A DNA stretch of 20,494 nucleotides from Microcystaceae cyanobacterium (GCA_041746575.1 JBGTGT010000025.1:1-20494), one strand, 5' to 3'. Shown: positions 1 to 11,037, numbered from the stretch's first letter. The notes: a model not told the origin generated them from the letters alone. Made by a program: numbers and translations.

Positions 1-338
1 TGCTGGAATGATTTAAGGCTATTACTCCATAGGCACAGAGCTTCTAGCTCCTCTCCACTAAGAAACAAATTCAGAGATTCTTGTTTCATCCCTTCCTGGG
101 CTTACTTTTACTCCTTTATTCTATCTACAACTGTAGAGATAAGACTGGGGACTTGAAGCAAAACCATGTAAATAAAAATAATGGGGAAAATGAGACGTCA
201 TAAAATTAACCGTTTTGTGTCTGAAGGGAGTTAGTTAAACTCATGTACAAACAAAAGCCAAATTAAAGGAAACAGGATTTTTTGCATCTTGAATAGTGTC
301 TTTAATTTTAGAGCGTTTGCTCAGAATCGATCAAAAAA

Positions 339-2648
339 TTAATGGCTTATGGTTAATCGCTTTTCAATTGCCGTTGACCAAGTTTGTGTCATTTTATCTA
401 GAGAAAGATCAATTAACGTTGAAGCATCAGATAAGGTAATTGTTAATTTTAATTGATCACTCACGTAGCCAATTTTAAACCCATAATTGCCTAAATTTTG
501 TTGTAAATAATCTTGCCAAATGATTTCAAATTCAGGTTTAACTGAGACAATAATTCGACTGCCTCCTTCCCCAAATAAGAGACTATCTAAGCGATTTTTA
601 GAACCCTTTAAGACAAGGTTTGCCCCTAATTGACCACTGATACAACATTCTGCTAGAGCAACGCTTAACCCTCCTTCTGAACAATCATGAGCGGAATTCA
701 ACCACCCTGAATGAATACCATAACGAACCGCTTTCTGTACTCTTTTTTCTAAGTCATAATCAACCTGAGGTGGTTTCCCAGCAACTAATCCGTGAATGAT
801 CGCTAAATATTCTGACCCTCCCAGTGTGACGGCATCAGCCCCTAAAATATAAATACAGTCTCCTATATTTTGCCATCCTTGACCGCAAATACGCGTAATA
901 TCGGGAATTAAACCCACCATACCAATTACCGGTGTGGGATAAATAGGAGTCGGTTTTCCTTCCGAGTTTAATGTCTCGTTATACAGAGAAACATTGCCTC
1001 CAGTAACGGGAGTCTGAAACTCCACACAAGCTTCGGCAATTCCTCGACAGGAAGACGCTAATTGCCAATATCCGACGGAATTTTCTGGACTGCCAAAATT
1101 AAGGTTATCGGTTACCGCCAAGGGTTCACCCCCCACACAACTTAGGTTTCGTGCCGCCTCTGCTACTGCGTATTTTGCACCTTCGTAAGGGTCAAGATAG
1201 ACATACCGAGGGTTACAATCCGTCGTGGCCGCAACGCCAATGATACAGTCCTCAGGCTTGGCGTCAATCGGACGAACACGAATCACTGCCGCATCCGCAC
1301 CACCGGGTAATAAAACCGTGTTATTCTGCACTTGGTGGTCATATTGACGATAAACCCAGCGTTTCGAGGCAATTGAAGGGGTGTCCAAAAGGGCGAGTAA
1401 AATTTCGTTCCATGTTTGAATATCTGCGTTAGTCGTAATCCCTTCATCTCGACAAGGGGGTAAAGTATCCTCTGTCCATTGCCACGCTTTTTGAGCATAT
1501 TCAGGCGGTTCGCTTAATAATTCCCGATGATAGATAGGGGTATTGTCAGCTAAGGCAGTCGCTGGAATTTCCGCCGCAATGCTACCGTTGAATAGAATTC
1601 TCACTATCTGCTCTTCTATCACTTCCCCTGCGACGACTGCCTGAAGTCCCCACCGTTCAAAAATATCGATTAATTCCTGTTCTCGTCCTTTATGAGCCAC
1701 AAATAACATCCTTTCTTGGGATTCCGACAGTAAATATTCATAGGGAACCATCCCACTCTCTCGGACGGGAATTTTAGCCAAATCGAGTTCTATGCCGACT
1801 CCCCCCTTAGCGGCCATCTCGGAAGTGGAACAAGTAATCCCTGCAGCCCCCATATCTTGCGCGGCAACGACTGCACCCGTCTTAAATGCCGCCAAACAAG
1901 CTTCTATGAGGGATTTTTCTAAAAAAGGGTCACCGACTTGTACGGCAGGACGGTCATCCAGCGACTCATCCGTTAACTCTGCACTGGCAAAGCTTGCGCC
2001 ACCCATGCCATCTCTTCCTGTAGTCGAACCCACGTACAAAACGGGATTTCCAAGGCCTGAAGCTCCAGATTTGACAATTTCAGGGGTTTCCATCAATCCT
2101 AACGCCATGGCATTTACTAAGGGGTTACCATTGTAGGCCGCATCAAAATAGACTTCACCCCCCACCGTAGGAACGCCAACACAATTGCCATAATGAGAAA
2201 TACCCTCAACGACACCCATAAATATGCGACGAGTGCGAAAATTATCTAATGTACCAAAACGCAGGGAATTTAAGCAAGCAATTGGACGTGCGCCCATAGT
2301 GAAGATATCTCGCAAAATTCCGCCAACGCCCGTGGCTGCCCCTTGAAACGGCTCAATGGCAGAAGGATGATTATGAGACTCAATCTTGAACGCCAGCCTT
2401 AATCCATTTCCCAAGTCCACTACGCCCGCATTTTCGCCCGGTCCAACGAGAATACGTTCGCCTGCGGTAGGAAATTGCTTTAAAAGAGGTCGAGAGTTCT
2501 TATAACAGCAGTGTTCTGACCACATTACGCCAAACATTCCTAATTCTGCTTTATTAGGGTGTCGACCAAGGCGTTGCACGATGTCTTGATATTCTTCAGG
2601 TTTAAGTCCTTCTGAGGCGATTTCTTGAGGTGAAAAGGGAGCAGACAT
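339..2648 (-). CDS. purL: Phosphoribosylformylglycinamidine synthase subunit PurL (small-type, 769 aa)
   Basis: Motifs [45 protein letters not shown] and GGNVSLYN are characteristic of PurL. Confidence 0.98.
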   Translation of the reverse strand: MSAPFSPQEIASEGLKPEEYQDIVQRLGRHPNKAELGMFGVMWSEHCCYKNSRPLLKQFPTAGERILVGPGENAGVVDLGNGLRLAFKIESHNHPSAIEPFQGAATGVGGILRDIFTMGARPIACLNSLRFGTLDNFRTRRIFMGVVEGISHYGNCVGVPTVGGEVYFDAAYNGNPLVNAMALGLMETPEIVKSGASGLGNPVLYVGSTTGRDGMGGASFASAELTDESLDDRPAVQVGDPFLEKSLIEACLAAFKTGAVVAAQDMGAAGITCSTSEMAAKGGVGIELDLAKIPVRESGMVPYEYLLSESQERMLFVAHKGREQELIDIFERWGLQAVVAGEVIEEQIVRILFNGSIAAEIPATALADNTPIYHRELLSEPPEYAQKAWQWTEDTLPPCRDEGITTNADIQTWNEILLALLDTPSIASKRWVYRQYDHQVQNNTVLLPGGADAAVIRVRPIDAKPEDCIIGVAATTDCNPRYVYLDPYEGAKYAVAEAARNLSCVGGEPLAVTDNLNFGSPENSVGYWQLASSCRGIAEACVEFQTPVTGGNVSLYNETLNSEGKPTPIYPTPVIGMVGLIPDITRICGQGWQNIGDCIYILGADAVTLGGSEYLAIIHGLVAGKPPQVDYDLEKRVQKAVRYGIHSGWLNSAHDCSEGGLSVALAECCISGQLGANLVLKGSKNRLDSLLFGEGGSRIIVSVKPEFEIIWQDYLQQNLGNYGFKIGYVSDQLKLTITLSDASTLIDLSLDKMTQTWSTAIEKRLTISH

Positions 2649-2839
2649 AGCTTATTTCAGTTAGGGTCATCAAGGCTTATTGTAGCGAATTTTGTTGCTC
2701 TTTCTGATATTTATGCCAAGAATATAATATAAATTGGCGTGATTATTCGAGATAATATTGGTTAATCATATTTTTATTTGTTAAAAAACTAAGGTAAATA
2801 ATTATTTTATTGTGTCAAGTATATTTCTAGAAAATTTCC

Positions 2840-5149
2840 TTAAAGTTTGATAACAGTGTGGGGAAATTTTTGCTTTAAAACCGATAAAATCTGAGAAGCT
2901 TTTTTATCTCGTAAATTGTGATTGCTATCATTACGAAAAGTATTCCAAGTGAAAGGAGCTTGTCGGGCAGATGACATCCACAATAACCGTTTTGCTCTCG
3001 TCATTGCCACATATAAAAGGCGATATTCTTCTGCTTCTTTCAGGTATTCTGCCTCTTGCCATGCTTTTAAAGGTTGGGAAATCGTAGGAGGATTTTTATC
3101 CTCATGAAGATAGCGATAATGAACAAGGGAACGAATTTGAGCGCGGGCGACTTCTGCTAAAGTAAAAGGTCCTAAAAATTCAGCCGCAACTGGGATACGC
3201 AATTGACCGGGCAAAGTATCTTGATGGAGGAAGGGAATAAAGACATAATCCCAATCTAATCCTTTGGCTTTGTGCATCGTAATAATCGTTAATTGTTTAG
3301 AGCGCGTATAGGATTCATCCGCTTCTTCTTCAACCGCTTCAAAGTTTTCGGAGGAGACAATTTCATTCAGCGTTGAAAGCGTCATTTTAAGAGAGCTTTG
3401 ACCTTTAATTTCTTGATTGATGCGTTCAGATAATTTTTGAGCAGTGGCTAATTCTCCTCCTGTATATTTTAAGGCCATTCCCAAAAAAAGAATAAGTTGA
3501 TAATGGGGTAATTCCATTTTAGCTCGAAGCAGATTACAACAATATTTTTGAGCATCTTTCACTGAGGGTTTTAGTTCTTGATTTAAAGGAGTTGGATAGA
3601 GAAATTGTTCAGGATAGGTTGCTAAAGCATTTAAATCTTGAGTTGGAATCAAATTTCGTTGCTGCAAGATTTCTAAGGCCGCTTTCAGATAATCAGGCGA
3701 ATGAGGACGGTCGATAAATTGTAATAACCTCAGAATTTCAAGAGGAATTTTAGAAAAGTGATTCGCTTCATTGACATCATAAACCGTGATGTCATAGTCC
3801 TTTTTTAAGTGACTTAATTGTTCTGTTAAAAACCGACCTTGACGATTTTCTCTGACTAAAATAGCGGCGTTTCTTTCCGGATTTTTGTGAAACAATTGAA
3901 TAACCCTTTGGCAAATTAAATCAACCGTTTGGTAAATATCACTGGGATAATAAATTTCTAGTCCTTTTCCTTCTAATTCAGGGTTTGGTTGGGGATCATT
4001 AACCCCAACAGGTTTAATTTCTTGTAGACGAAAAGGAGAATATTTTTCGGATATAGAAGGGTTTTCTTGAGCTGAATTTAACTGACTTAAACAATGAGAA
4101 TTAGCCCACTCTAACATAGCGTTTGCCGCTTGCAAAATAAGAGTATAACTACGGCCTGCTTGATCCATTGTAGCCAGTTTTTGCTCTTTTTCGCAATCTT
4201 GACAAAATAAGTTAAAATAAATGGGATCAGCCGGCGTAAAGGTGGAGTTAATTGCTTGATTAGGGTCGCCGACTCGAACTAAATTTTCGATATCTTGATC
4301 ACGGGCTAAAATAGAAATTAAGCGACCTTGTAAAGGACTTGAATCTTGAGCTTCATCCTCAAAGACAGCAAAGGTTTTTTGTTGCCATTGGTCTTGAATA
4401 GTGGGGTTTTCTAACACCTTCAAAGCCGCCAAAATCATATCATCATAGTCAATTAAATTTCGAGATTGCATGACCGCTTCATATTGTTCATATAATCCTG
4501 CCGCAATCGCTAAAATAGGGTAAGGTTCTTGAAGATAATGACTAAATTCTCGGAATGTTTCGGGCAATAGTCCCGAACTTTTGGCTTCTCGCACAACAGC
4601 ATGCGCTAAACTAGGCAAAACTTCCGTTCTCAAAACTGATTGGCGGCGTAACTTTTCTGTTTCTTCTCCATCAAATTGTTGTCCTTCTAATAAGGCTTGA
4701 TAATACACCGGATTCAGTTTAATCCATTGCTCTACAGAAGACCGAATAACTCGATGGCTCGGTGTAGGAATAACGAGGGTTGATGTCTCTAAGTCTAATC
4801 CCGATAAATCAGGATAACGACTGGCAACTTGTAAAGCCAAACCGTGCAAAGTTTGCACCATAAACCCTGATTGCGGAAGTTGTAATTCCTGTAATTTTTC
4901 TTTAATTTTTGTTCTAATGGCGGCCGCTGCTGAACGAGTATAAGTAACAATAATTAATTGCCGATGAGGGTTTAATTGGTGACGGGCAATGGCAAGGGCT
5001 GCCGCTACTGAAAGACTGTGAGATTTTCCTGCCCCTGGTACCGCAGAAACTGCCATTTTTCCGCTTTGCCAATCTGCTAATTTTCTTTGACCCTGACGCA
5101 GTTGTTGACGTAGAATTTGTAATTGTTGTTCTAACTGATTTGATATCAT
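2840..5149 (-). CDS. UvrD/REP-family ATP-dependent DNA helicase (SF1)
   Basis: Walker A AVPGAGKS, VTYTRSAA, DEAQD, VGDPNQAI, TMHKAKGLDWD and RLLYVAMTRAK match the SF1 helicase motifs. Confidence 0.93.
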   Translation of the reverse strand: MISNQLEQQLQILRQQLRQGQRKLADWQSGKMAVSAVPGAGKSHSLSVAAALAIARHQLNPHRQLIIVTYTRSAAAAIRTKIKEKLQELQLPQSGFMVQTLHGLALQVASRYPDLSGLDLETSTLVIPTPSHRVIRSSVEQWIKLNPVYYQALLEGQQFDGEETEKLRRQSVLRTEVLPSLAHAVVREAKSSGLLPETFREFSHYLQEPYPILAIAAGLYEQYEAVMQSRNLIDYDDMILAALKVLENPTIQDQWQQKTFAVFEDEAQDSSPLQGRLISILARDQDIENLVRVGDPNQAINSTFTPADPIYFNLFCQDCEKEQKLATMDQAGRSYTLILQAANAMLEWANSHCLSQLNSAQENPSISEKYSPFRLQEIKPVGVNDPQPNPELEGKGLEIYYPSDIYQTVDLICQRVIQLFHKNPERNAAILVRENRQGRFLTEQLSHLKKDYDITVYDVNEANHFSKIPLEILRLLQFIDRPHSPDYLKAALEILQQRNLIPTQDLNALATYPEQFLYPTPLNQELKPSVKDAQKYCCNLLRAKMELPHYQLILFLGMALKYTGGELATAQKLSERINQEIKGQSSLKMTLSTLNEIVSSENFEAVEEEADESYTRSKQLTIITMHKAKGLDWDYVFIPFLHQDTLPGQLRIPVAAEFLGPFTLAEVARAQIRSLVHYRYLHEDKNPPTISQPLKAWQEAEYLKEAEEYRLLYVAMTRAKRLLWMSSARQAPFTWNTFRNDSNHNLRDKKASQILSVLKQKFPHTVIKL

Positions 5150-5349
5150 GATTACGCTAGAATGATTAATCTTGTATTAAACTTATTATCCCTAAAAATT
5201 TCGTTACTATTTTATCGTTTTAAAGGCTTAAGATTGCTGGGCAAACTTTGTCATTAAATACTCGAAATCCGATTTTTCATATTTGGTTACATAAGTTACA
5301 ATAAAATTAGCTGCTCTATCACCAAATTTAACTGCCTTAACCGTCCATC

Positions 5350-6414
5350 ATGCTAAAAACCTTTGACCTTCACGTTGTTGAAACCCGTCCCCTTCTTGCC
5401 CCCGAATCCTTATTAAGTCTTTTCCCCCTCACCGAAACCGTCGCTAATCTTGTTAACCAGACTCGTCAACGCATCAGTAATATTTTACAAGGAAAAGATC
5501 ACCGTTTATTGGTTGTCGTCGGCCCCTGTTCAATTCACGATGTTAAAGCCGCCTATGAATACGGACAAAAACTCCACCCCTTACGGGAGGAACTGCAAGA
5601 TGTCCTAGAAATTGTCATGCGAGTTTATTTTGAGAAACCTCGTACCACGATTGGCTGGAAAGGCTTAATTAATGACCCCCACCTTGATAATAGTTATGAT
5701 ATTAACATTGGGCTTCAACTTGCCCGTCAACTCCTTCTAGACCTCGCTGAACTCGGCGTGCCTTCCGCCACCGAACTGCTTGACCCCATTATTCCTCAAT
5801 ATTTGGCAGATTTAATCAGTTGGACAGCTATTGGCGCAAGAACAACAGAAAGTCAAACCCATCGCGAGATGGCTTCAGGTCTCTCTATGCCTGTCGGATT
5901 TAAAAATGGGACAGATGGGAGTCTTGACTCCGCGATTAATGCTATGTTAGCGGCAAAAGTTCCTCACCATTTTCTCGGCATCAATTCTCAGGGATTAGCG
6001 AGTATTGTGACAACAACGGGTAATCGTGATAGTCATTTGGTTTTACGAGGCGGACAAATGGGGACGAATTATGATCAGGCGAATTTAACTCAGGCGGCTA
6101 AAATTTTAGAAGCTAAAGATTTACCCCCTCGCATTATGGTGGATTGCAGCCACGGCAATAGTCAAAAGGATTACACTCGTCAGTCGTTGGTTTTAGAAGA
6201 TTTAGCTCAACAAGTGAAGCAAGACCGATCCGCTTTGATGGGAGTCATGATTGAAAGCCACCTTATTGCCGGAAATCAGCCCATTGCGCCAAATTTGAAC
6301 CAATTGGTCTATGGTCAAAGTATTACTGATGCCTGTGTAGATTTTGCCACTACTCGTCAGATGTTATACACCCTAGCGGAGGCAATATCTGCCAAGGTCT
6401 ATCAATCAGTGTAA
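5350..6414 (+). CDS. 3-deoxy-7-phosphoheptulonate (DAHP) synthase, class I-alpha (AroF/G/H type)
   Basis: GPCSIHD, MRVYFEKPRTTIGWKG, IGARTTESQ, DCSHGNS and GQSITDAC motifs. Confidence 0.96.
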   Translation: MLKTFDLHVVETRPLLAPESLLSLFPLTETVANLVNQTRQRISNILQGKDHRLLVVVGPCSIHDVKAAYEYGQKLHPLREELQDVLEIVMRVYFEKPRTTIGWKGLINDPHLDNSYDINIGLQLARQLLLDLAELGVPSATELLDPIIPQYLADLISWTAIGARTTESQTHREMASGLSMPVGFKNGTDGSLDSAINAMLAAKVPHHFLGINSQGLASIVTTTGNRDSHLVLRGGQMGTNYDQANLTQAAKILEAKDLPPRIMVDCSHGNSQKDYTRQSLVLEDLAQQVKQDRSALMGVMIESHLIAGNQPIAPNLNQLVYGQSITDACVDFATTRQMLYTLAEAISAKVYQSV

Positions 6415-6531
6415 TCTCTCTTAAAAACTTAAGAAAAAATTCAATAATCGTATTTAAAACAGGAAAACTGTTCAGTAAAATAAGGACAAAAGTTCATCTT
6501 ATTTCTTCTCCTAGTCGGAAGCTTGCTGTTT

Positions 6532-7116
6532 ATGAAACCGCCTAAAAGTTGGCAAGACAAACAATGGTATCCAGAAGAAAGGTCAAATATTGACCTAAGT
6601 TCTCGACTGCAAGCGTTAGAATCCCAAAAATATCCTCAATTAGCTGAGTGGCAAGGAAAAGGACAAGTTGCTTTTAAGCAATCGTTGAAGTTAGCTCTCA
6701 TCATCGGTTTAATTTTGATTATCGGTAAGGGACTATTTTCGATAGTTTCCTTGCCTTGGCATTGGCAGCTATTTAGTCATTGGTTACAGAGAAAAGGTGA
6801 ACTTCAAGAAATTCCAGTTTCTCTGTATCAAGAGTTAAATCGTTTATGTTTAAATGCGGATAAAAATGGTCAAGTCGATGGCTATAATGCTTCTAGGGAA
6901 GTTGCCTATGGTTTAGGTCATTTTCAATGTCTTCCCACTCAAGATAATAAGGGTTGGGTAATTCGAGATAAATATGCTTTTAATGATTCTGCCGAAGCGT
7001 TAGCAGGAACACAACTGGCAGAATTTCTGATTAATGTTTGGGGTTCAGATTATACTTATGATATTCGAGCAACGATTCCCAAAGTAACTCAAAACTGGAC
7101 AATCATCGATCTCTAA
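6532..7116 (+). CDS. Hypothetical protein with one predicted transmembrane helix
   Basis: 194-aa ORF from ATG 6532 (TTG 6523 is an alternative start). Hydrophobic stretch LALIIGLILIIGKGLFSIVSL. No family recognised. Confidence 0.7.
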   Translation: MKPPKSWQDKQWYPEERSNIDLSSRLQALESQKYPQLAEWQGKGQVAFKQSLKLALIIGLILIIGKGLFSIVSLPWHWQLFSHWLQRKGELQEIPVSLYQELNRLCLNADKNGQVDGYNASREVAYGLGHFQCLPTQDNKGWVIRDKYAFNDSAEALAGTQLAEFLINVWGSDYTYDIRATIPKVTQNWTIIDL

Positions 7117-7174
7117 TAAAACCAAGAAATAGCTCTGAACGCCCCCTAAAACGTTTTATCTAATGAAAAATGTT

Positions 7175-8431
7175 TTAACTTACCTTTTTTAGGAAGTTCA
7201 TCAATGTTAAAGTTGTAAAAGTTTCTGCCGTTTCTCCTTCTATTCTGCGTCGCTTTTGTCCAATTCTTTTAAGTTCTCCTTGTCGCTTGTATTTCTGATT
7301 TAGCGTTTCTTTTAAACTCTCTTCATCAAATATTTCAGATAGGGATTTTATTTTAATACTGATACCAGCCGGCAATAACATTGTCACTTTTTCAAGGGAT
7401 AATTCCTTTTGTTCTTCTCTTAATTTGAGACTTTTCCACACGGCCACTAATGCCGTCCAGTTAATTTCATCGTGAATATCCCAATAGATAAACTGTTCAT
7501 TAGTATTGCTTACAAGATTTTGTTTCAATTCTACAGTTTCACAAAACGCTTGATCAAAATTGGTTGAATGATTAACTTGCCAACTCTCAATACAAACGCC
7601 GTTTAAATTAGCAGATACAAAACTTGCTTCTTGAACCTGTGTAGCAGATAAATTAGCATTTTCTAAAATGGCATTTTCAAAGTTTCCTCCTTTTAGGTTC
7701 CCTTTTTCCAGACTAACTTTGGTTAAATTCGCTTGGGTTAAATTAGCATTTTCTAAACAAACTTCCCGAAGATTCGCTTTTTCCAACCGCCCCTCTTGCA
7801 AATTCCCTGCCTTAATATTACTCTGCTCTAAGTTTGCCTGTCTTAAATTCGTCTGAAACAAATTACTTTGTTGTAAATTCGCTTGTTTTAAATTGGCTAG
7901 GGTTAAATCAGTTTGACTTAAATTCGCCCTTTGTAAATTCGCTTGAGTTAAATTTACCCCATTAAGATTCGCCGCTTTTAAATTAACTTCAACAAGGTTA
8001 CTTTCGGTCAAATCTGCTTGAGTTAGATTCGCCCCCACTAAATAAACACCTTTAAAACTAACCCCACTTAGGAGTGCTTTTGTGAAGTTCGTCCTGAAAA
8101 AGTAACTGCCATCAATCTTAATCTCTTTAAGATAAGCATGGTCAAAATCTGCGAGATAAAAGTCTCCGCATTGTAACGTCGCCCCCCGAAAATTTGCTCC
8201 CCGAAAATCACAGTGATGACAACTCGTTCCATTCAAATTCGCTTGTCTGAGATTAGCCCCATTTAAGTTTGCCCCGTCTAATATTGCTCCTTCTAATATT
8301 ATCCCTTCTAAATTCGCCCCTTTGAGGTAAGCCCCCGTTAAATCCACAGGGTTATAGGGATAACGCCGTTTATATTCATTCCAGACTTGAACGCCCTGAT
8401 TAATCAGAGCCATCTGCTCAGAATTTGCCAT
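7175..8431 (-). CDS. Pentapeptide-repeat protein with a non-repeat C-terminal region
   Basis: Long run of A(N/D)Lxx repeats (e.g. GANLEGIILEGAILDGANLNGANLRQANL) after a typical 'QGVQVWNEY' N-cap. Confidence 0.93.
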   Translation of the reverse strand: MANSEQMALINQGVQVWNEYKRRYPYNPVDLTGAYLKGANLEGIILEGAILDGANLNGANLRQANLNGTSCHHCDFRGANFRGATLQCGDFYLADFDHAYLKEIKIDGSYFFRTNFTKALLSGVSFKGVYLVGANLTQADLTESNLVEVNLKAANLNGVNLTQANLQRANLSQTDLTLANLKQANLQQSNLFQTNLRQANLEQSNIKAGNLQEGRLEKANLREVCLENANLTQANLTKVSLEKGNLKGGNFENAILENANLSATQVQEASFVSANLNGVCIESWQVNHSTNFDQAFCETVELKQNLVSNTNEQFIYWDIHDEINWTALVAVWKSLKLREEQKELSLEKVTMLLPAGISIKIKSLSEIFDEESLKETLNQKYKRQGELKRIGQKRRRIEGETAETFTTLTLMNFLKKVS

Positions 8432-8483
8432 AGGTCAGAGAATAAAAATGATTAGAGAAGATCAGACCTTCCCTACCTTAGTT

Positions 8484-8714
8484 TTAGCTTAGTTTGTCGT
8501 CAGCGATGCCAAACACCTCTGCTTCTCGACCAACCCACCATTCTCCTAGATTCATTAAGTCTTGATGCAAGGCTTCCAGTTGAGATAAATAAATATTTTC
8601 AGGAATATTATGCCTATTTTCTTGTAATTTCTTCAATCTGAGTTGAACGAGTAACCAAGGCTTAGAAATTCCATCTGTGGCTTCAATATATCGAGCAAGG
8701 TCTTGACTATTCAT
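8484..8714 (-). CDS. Small hypothetical protein (76 aa), probably conserved in cyanobacteria
   Basis: Clean ATG ORF with ACAGGA upstream. MNSQDLARYIEATDGISKPWLLVQLRL resembles, from memory, a conserved cyanobacterial small protein. Confidence 0.75.
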   Translation of the reverse strand: MNSQDLARYIEATDGISKPWLLVQLRLKKLQENRHNIPENIYLSQLEALHQDLMNLGEWWVGREAEVFGIADDKLS

Positions 8715-8839
8715 ACTAAATCCTGTTGGAGAATACAGATAATAAGGCGGTCAGGCATAAAGAGGAAATGTTACGCTACTTGCAAAAATGGATGGCATAA
8801 GGTTAGTTATGTCCCTGCAATTTCCTCAATTTTTGCTTG

Positions 8840-8880
8840 AAAAAGGGAGAGATTAAGCATTTACTACTTAAATCTCCCCC
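8840..8880 (-). terminator. Probable intrinsic terminator of sodB
   Basis: Imperfect inverted repeat gggagagattaag/cttaaatctcccc followed by a T-run on the minus strand, about 30 nt after the sodB stop. Confidence 0.6.
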
Positions 8881-8908
8881 CATTTTGGCATCGAATGGCG
8901 TTTGGAGC

Positions 8909-9508
8909 TTAAGCCTTCGTCAAATTAGCCGATACAAAGTCCCAGTTAATGAGTTTGGTGATAAAAGTGTCAATGTAGTCGGGACGCTTATTTTGATAAT
9001 CTAGATAGTAGGCATGTTCCCAGACATCCATTGTCAGTAGGGGAACCTGTCCATCAGTTAAAGGATTTTCAGCATTAAGGGTTTTAGTTACTTTAAGCGT
9101 ATCATTATCTAAAACGAGCCACGCCCAACCGCTACCAAATTGAGTTGCACCAGCCGTCTTGAATGCTTCGACAAATTTCTCGTAGCTGCCGAAATCAGCC
9201 TTAATCTTATCCGCTAACGCTCCGGTAGGTGTTCCCCCACCCTTAGGTTTCATACAGTTCCAATAAAAGCTATGGTTCCATGCTTGGGCAGCATTATTAA
9301 ATAACCCAGATTTGGATGAGTCCCCCGCAATGGACTTAATTACTTCTTCAATGGGTTTGCTATCCATTTCTGTCCCTTTGACCGCATCGTTGTATTTACT
9401 GACATAGGCAGCGTGATGCTTGTCATGATGGAATTCAAGGGTTTCCTTGGAAATATGGGGTGCTAATGCGGTGTAATCGTAAGGTAAATCGGGAAGTTCG
9501 TAAGCCAT
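8909..9508 (-). CDS. sodB: Iron superoxide dismutase (199 aa)
   Basis: HHDKHH, NNAAQAWNH (Fe-type AAQ), FGSGWAWL and DVWEHAYY. Start placed at MAYELP (ATG 9508), which has a GAGA SD-like motif upstream. Confidence 0.96.
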   Translation of the reverse strand: MAYELPDLPYDYTALAPHISKETLEFHHDKHHAAYVSKYNDAVKGTEMDSKPIEEVIKSIAGDSSKSGLFNNAAQAWNHSFYWNCMKPKGGGTPTGALADKIKADFGSYEKFVEAFKTAGATQFGSGWAWLVLDNDTLKVTKTLNAENPLTDGQVPLLTMDVWEHAYYLDYQNKRPDYIDTFITKLINWDFVSANLTKA

Positions 9509-9612
9509 GTTTATTGTCTCACTCTGCAAGGATTTTCGGTTACGGAAGGTTTAATTCCGCTATGTTGTACTTTAACGTCTTTTGGGCTTCTCCGCTATTT
9601 TTTCCCCACACC

Positions 9613-9642
9613 TTGACCCAAAAATCTAACTTATGTTAGGCT
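9613..9642 (+). promoter_or_regulatory. Putative sigma70-type promoter for tRNA-Gly
   Basis: TTGACC (9613-9618), 18-nt spacer, then TGnTAGGCT (-10 at 9637-9642). Confidence 0.4.
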
Positions 9643-9673
9643 AGATCGAGTAAAAAAATACATTGCTCTACCT

Positions 9674-9744
9674 GCGGGTGTAGTTTAGTGGTAAAACCTT
9701 AGCCTTCCAAGCTAATGATAGGGGTTCGATTCCCCTCACCCGCT
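9674..9744 (+). tRNA. trnG: tRNA-Gly (anticodon TCC)
   Basis: Cloverleaf: acceptor GCGGGTG/CACCCGC, anticodon arm TTAGC-CTTCCAA-GCTAA, T-arm AGGGG-TTCGATT-CCCCT. CCA is not encoded. Confidence 0.97.
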
Positions 9745-9833
9745 TCTACTATTCAATCGGGTTAATGAAAGCCTTCTAATCTCTACCTCCTGCTTTTTGA
9801 GCAACCACTCATTTTGCAAGGTCTGAACTGGGA

Positions 9834-10940
9834 TTAAAAATAAGACTTTAATGCTCCTTGACGACGAATATCAAGAGTCGCGCAGTGGAATGAGCCACCA
9901 AAAGGAGCAAAATTAATAAAAGAACAAGGAATTGGCTCAAATTCCCAATTTTTAAATACTTTTATCAAAGATTCTTGATCTCTTTCGACAATCACCCGTC
10001 TCTCATCCAACATCAACACATTTAAGCTAATCCATTTACTACACATCGACGGAACCCCTTTGATGGGGTCAGGTTCAGGAGGCGTAAGAATATCCCAAGA
10101 TTTGAGAATTTTGGGTAATTTATCAATATTAATATACTCAGGATTAATTAATACTTTACCCGGCGCAAGGGGCATAAAGGTCGAATCAATGTGCATCGGT
10201 GTCGGACAACTACTTTCAATTTCATGAATCGTATATCGGTCGCCTAAATGTCGTCTTAACCAATTTATTCCTGCTTTATTCGTAACATTGCTTTGCGTGA
10301 CAAATAAATCCTTCCCACAGCGTACAAAATCAGCCCCATCAAAGACGGGTTCAAATTCATTAATCACATAACGCACAGATTCGCCTTTTTGCCCCGGCCG
10401 AAATTGATAATCGTACAAATCGTCACTCAAATCGGGTTTCGGTGCGGCCGTCCATTTTGCCCCTTGGTGAAAGTATTCTTTAAAAAGAGTACGATAGGCG
10501 GAGCTTTCAAAGTAACGACACCGCCAAGCCATCGGCGTTTCAATTATTTCGTTCCCCATCACTAAAAATCCGTCTCTCGGGCAGGCAGTACAAAACCCTT
10601 TAGACTGCCAAAAAAGCGTCCTAAAAGACCGTGTGCCATCAATTCTATCGGGTCTCCTCACTTTTATTCCTTCAGATTCTAAAATATGGATAAATTCATC
10701 TAATTCTTGTTGCGCTTTCTTTAGTAAAAATTGAGGATAGCGACGACCTGCAAACAGACGATATAGCCTCGCCGTACTCGGTGGAATATTATAGGTTACC
10801 GTAACATGATAAGGAGGAATAATCGCTCCTTCTAAGCGACCGACAATTACTTCTTCGAGTAAACCCCATTCATCGTAAGAACTAACGGGGCAAATTGAGG
10901 AAAGTTGCTCGTTTTGAGGATGATGAGCTAGCGTTTCCAT
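9834..10940 (-). CDS. Amidinotransferase (glycine/inosamine-phosphate amidinotransferase family; SxtG-like)
   Basis: CPVSSYDEWGLLEEVIVG N-terminus, CPRD, and the catalytic triad contexts FDGAD (Asp), HIDST (His) and GGSFHCATLD (Cys). Confidence 0.92.
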   Translation of the reverse strand: METLAHHPQNEQLSSICPVSSYDEWGLLEEVIVGRLEGAIIPPYHVTVTYNIPPSTARLYRLFAGRRYPQFLLKKAQQELDEFIHILESEGIKVRRPDRIDGTRSFRTLFWQSKGFCTACPRDGFLVMGNEIIETPMAWRCRYFESSAYRTLFKEYFHQGAKWTAAPKPDLSDDLYDYQFRPGQKGESVRYVINEFEPVFDGADFVRCGKDLFVTQSNVTNKAGINWLRRHLGDRYTIHEIESSCPTPMHIDSTFMPLAPGKVLINPEYINIDKLPKILKSWDILTPPEPDPIKGVPSMCSKWISLNVLMLDERRVIVERDQESLIKVFKNWEFEPIPCSFINFAPFGGSFHCATLDIRRQGALKSYF

Positions 10941-11037
10941 AGATTCTCACACTAAAAACAGTTTTTTTGAGTTTAGCGACATTTATTCAAAAAGGCAATC
11001 TTATCGCTGAATGCAACCCAAAAATGGGTTTGCTAGA

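Noticed and set aside
1..170. Start of a gene downstream of purL (purF often follows in cyanobacteria)
   Set aside because: A GGAGAGGAG motif is present on the minus strand, but the in-window ATGs lead to early stops. Any real start lies at or beyond the window edge.
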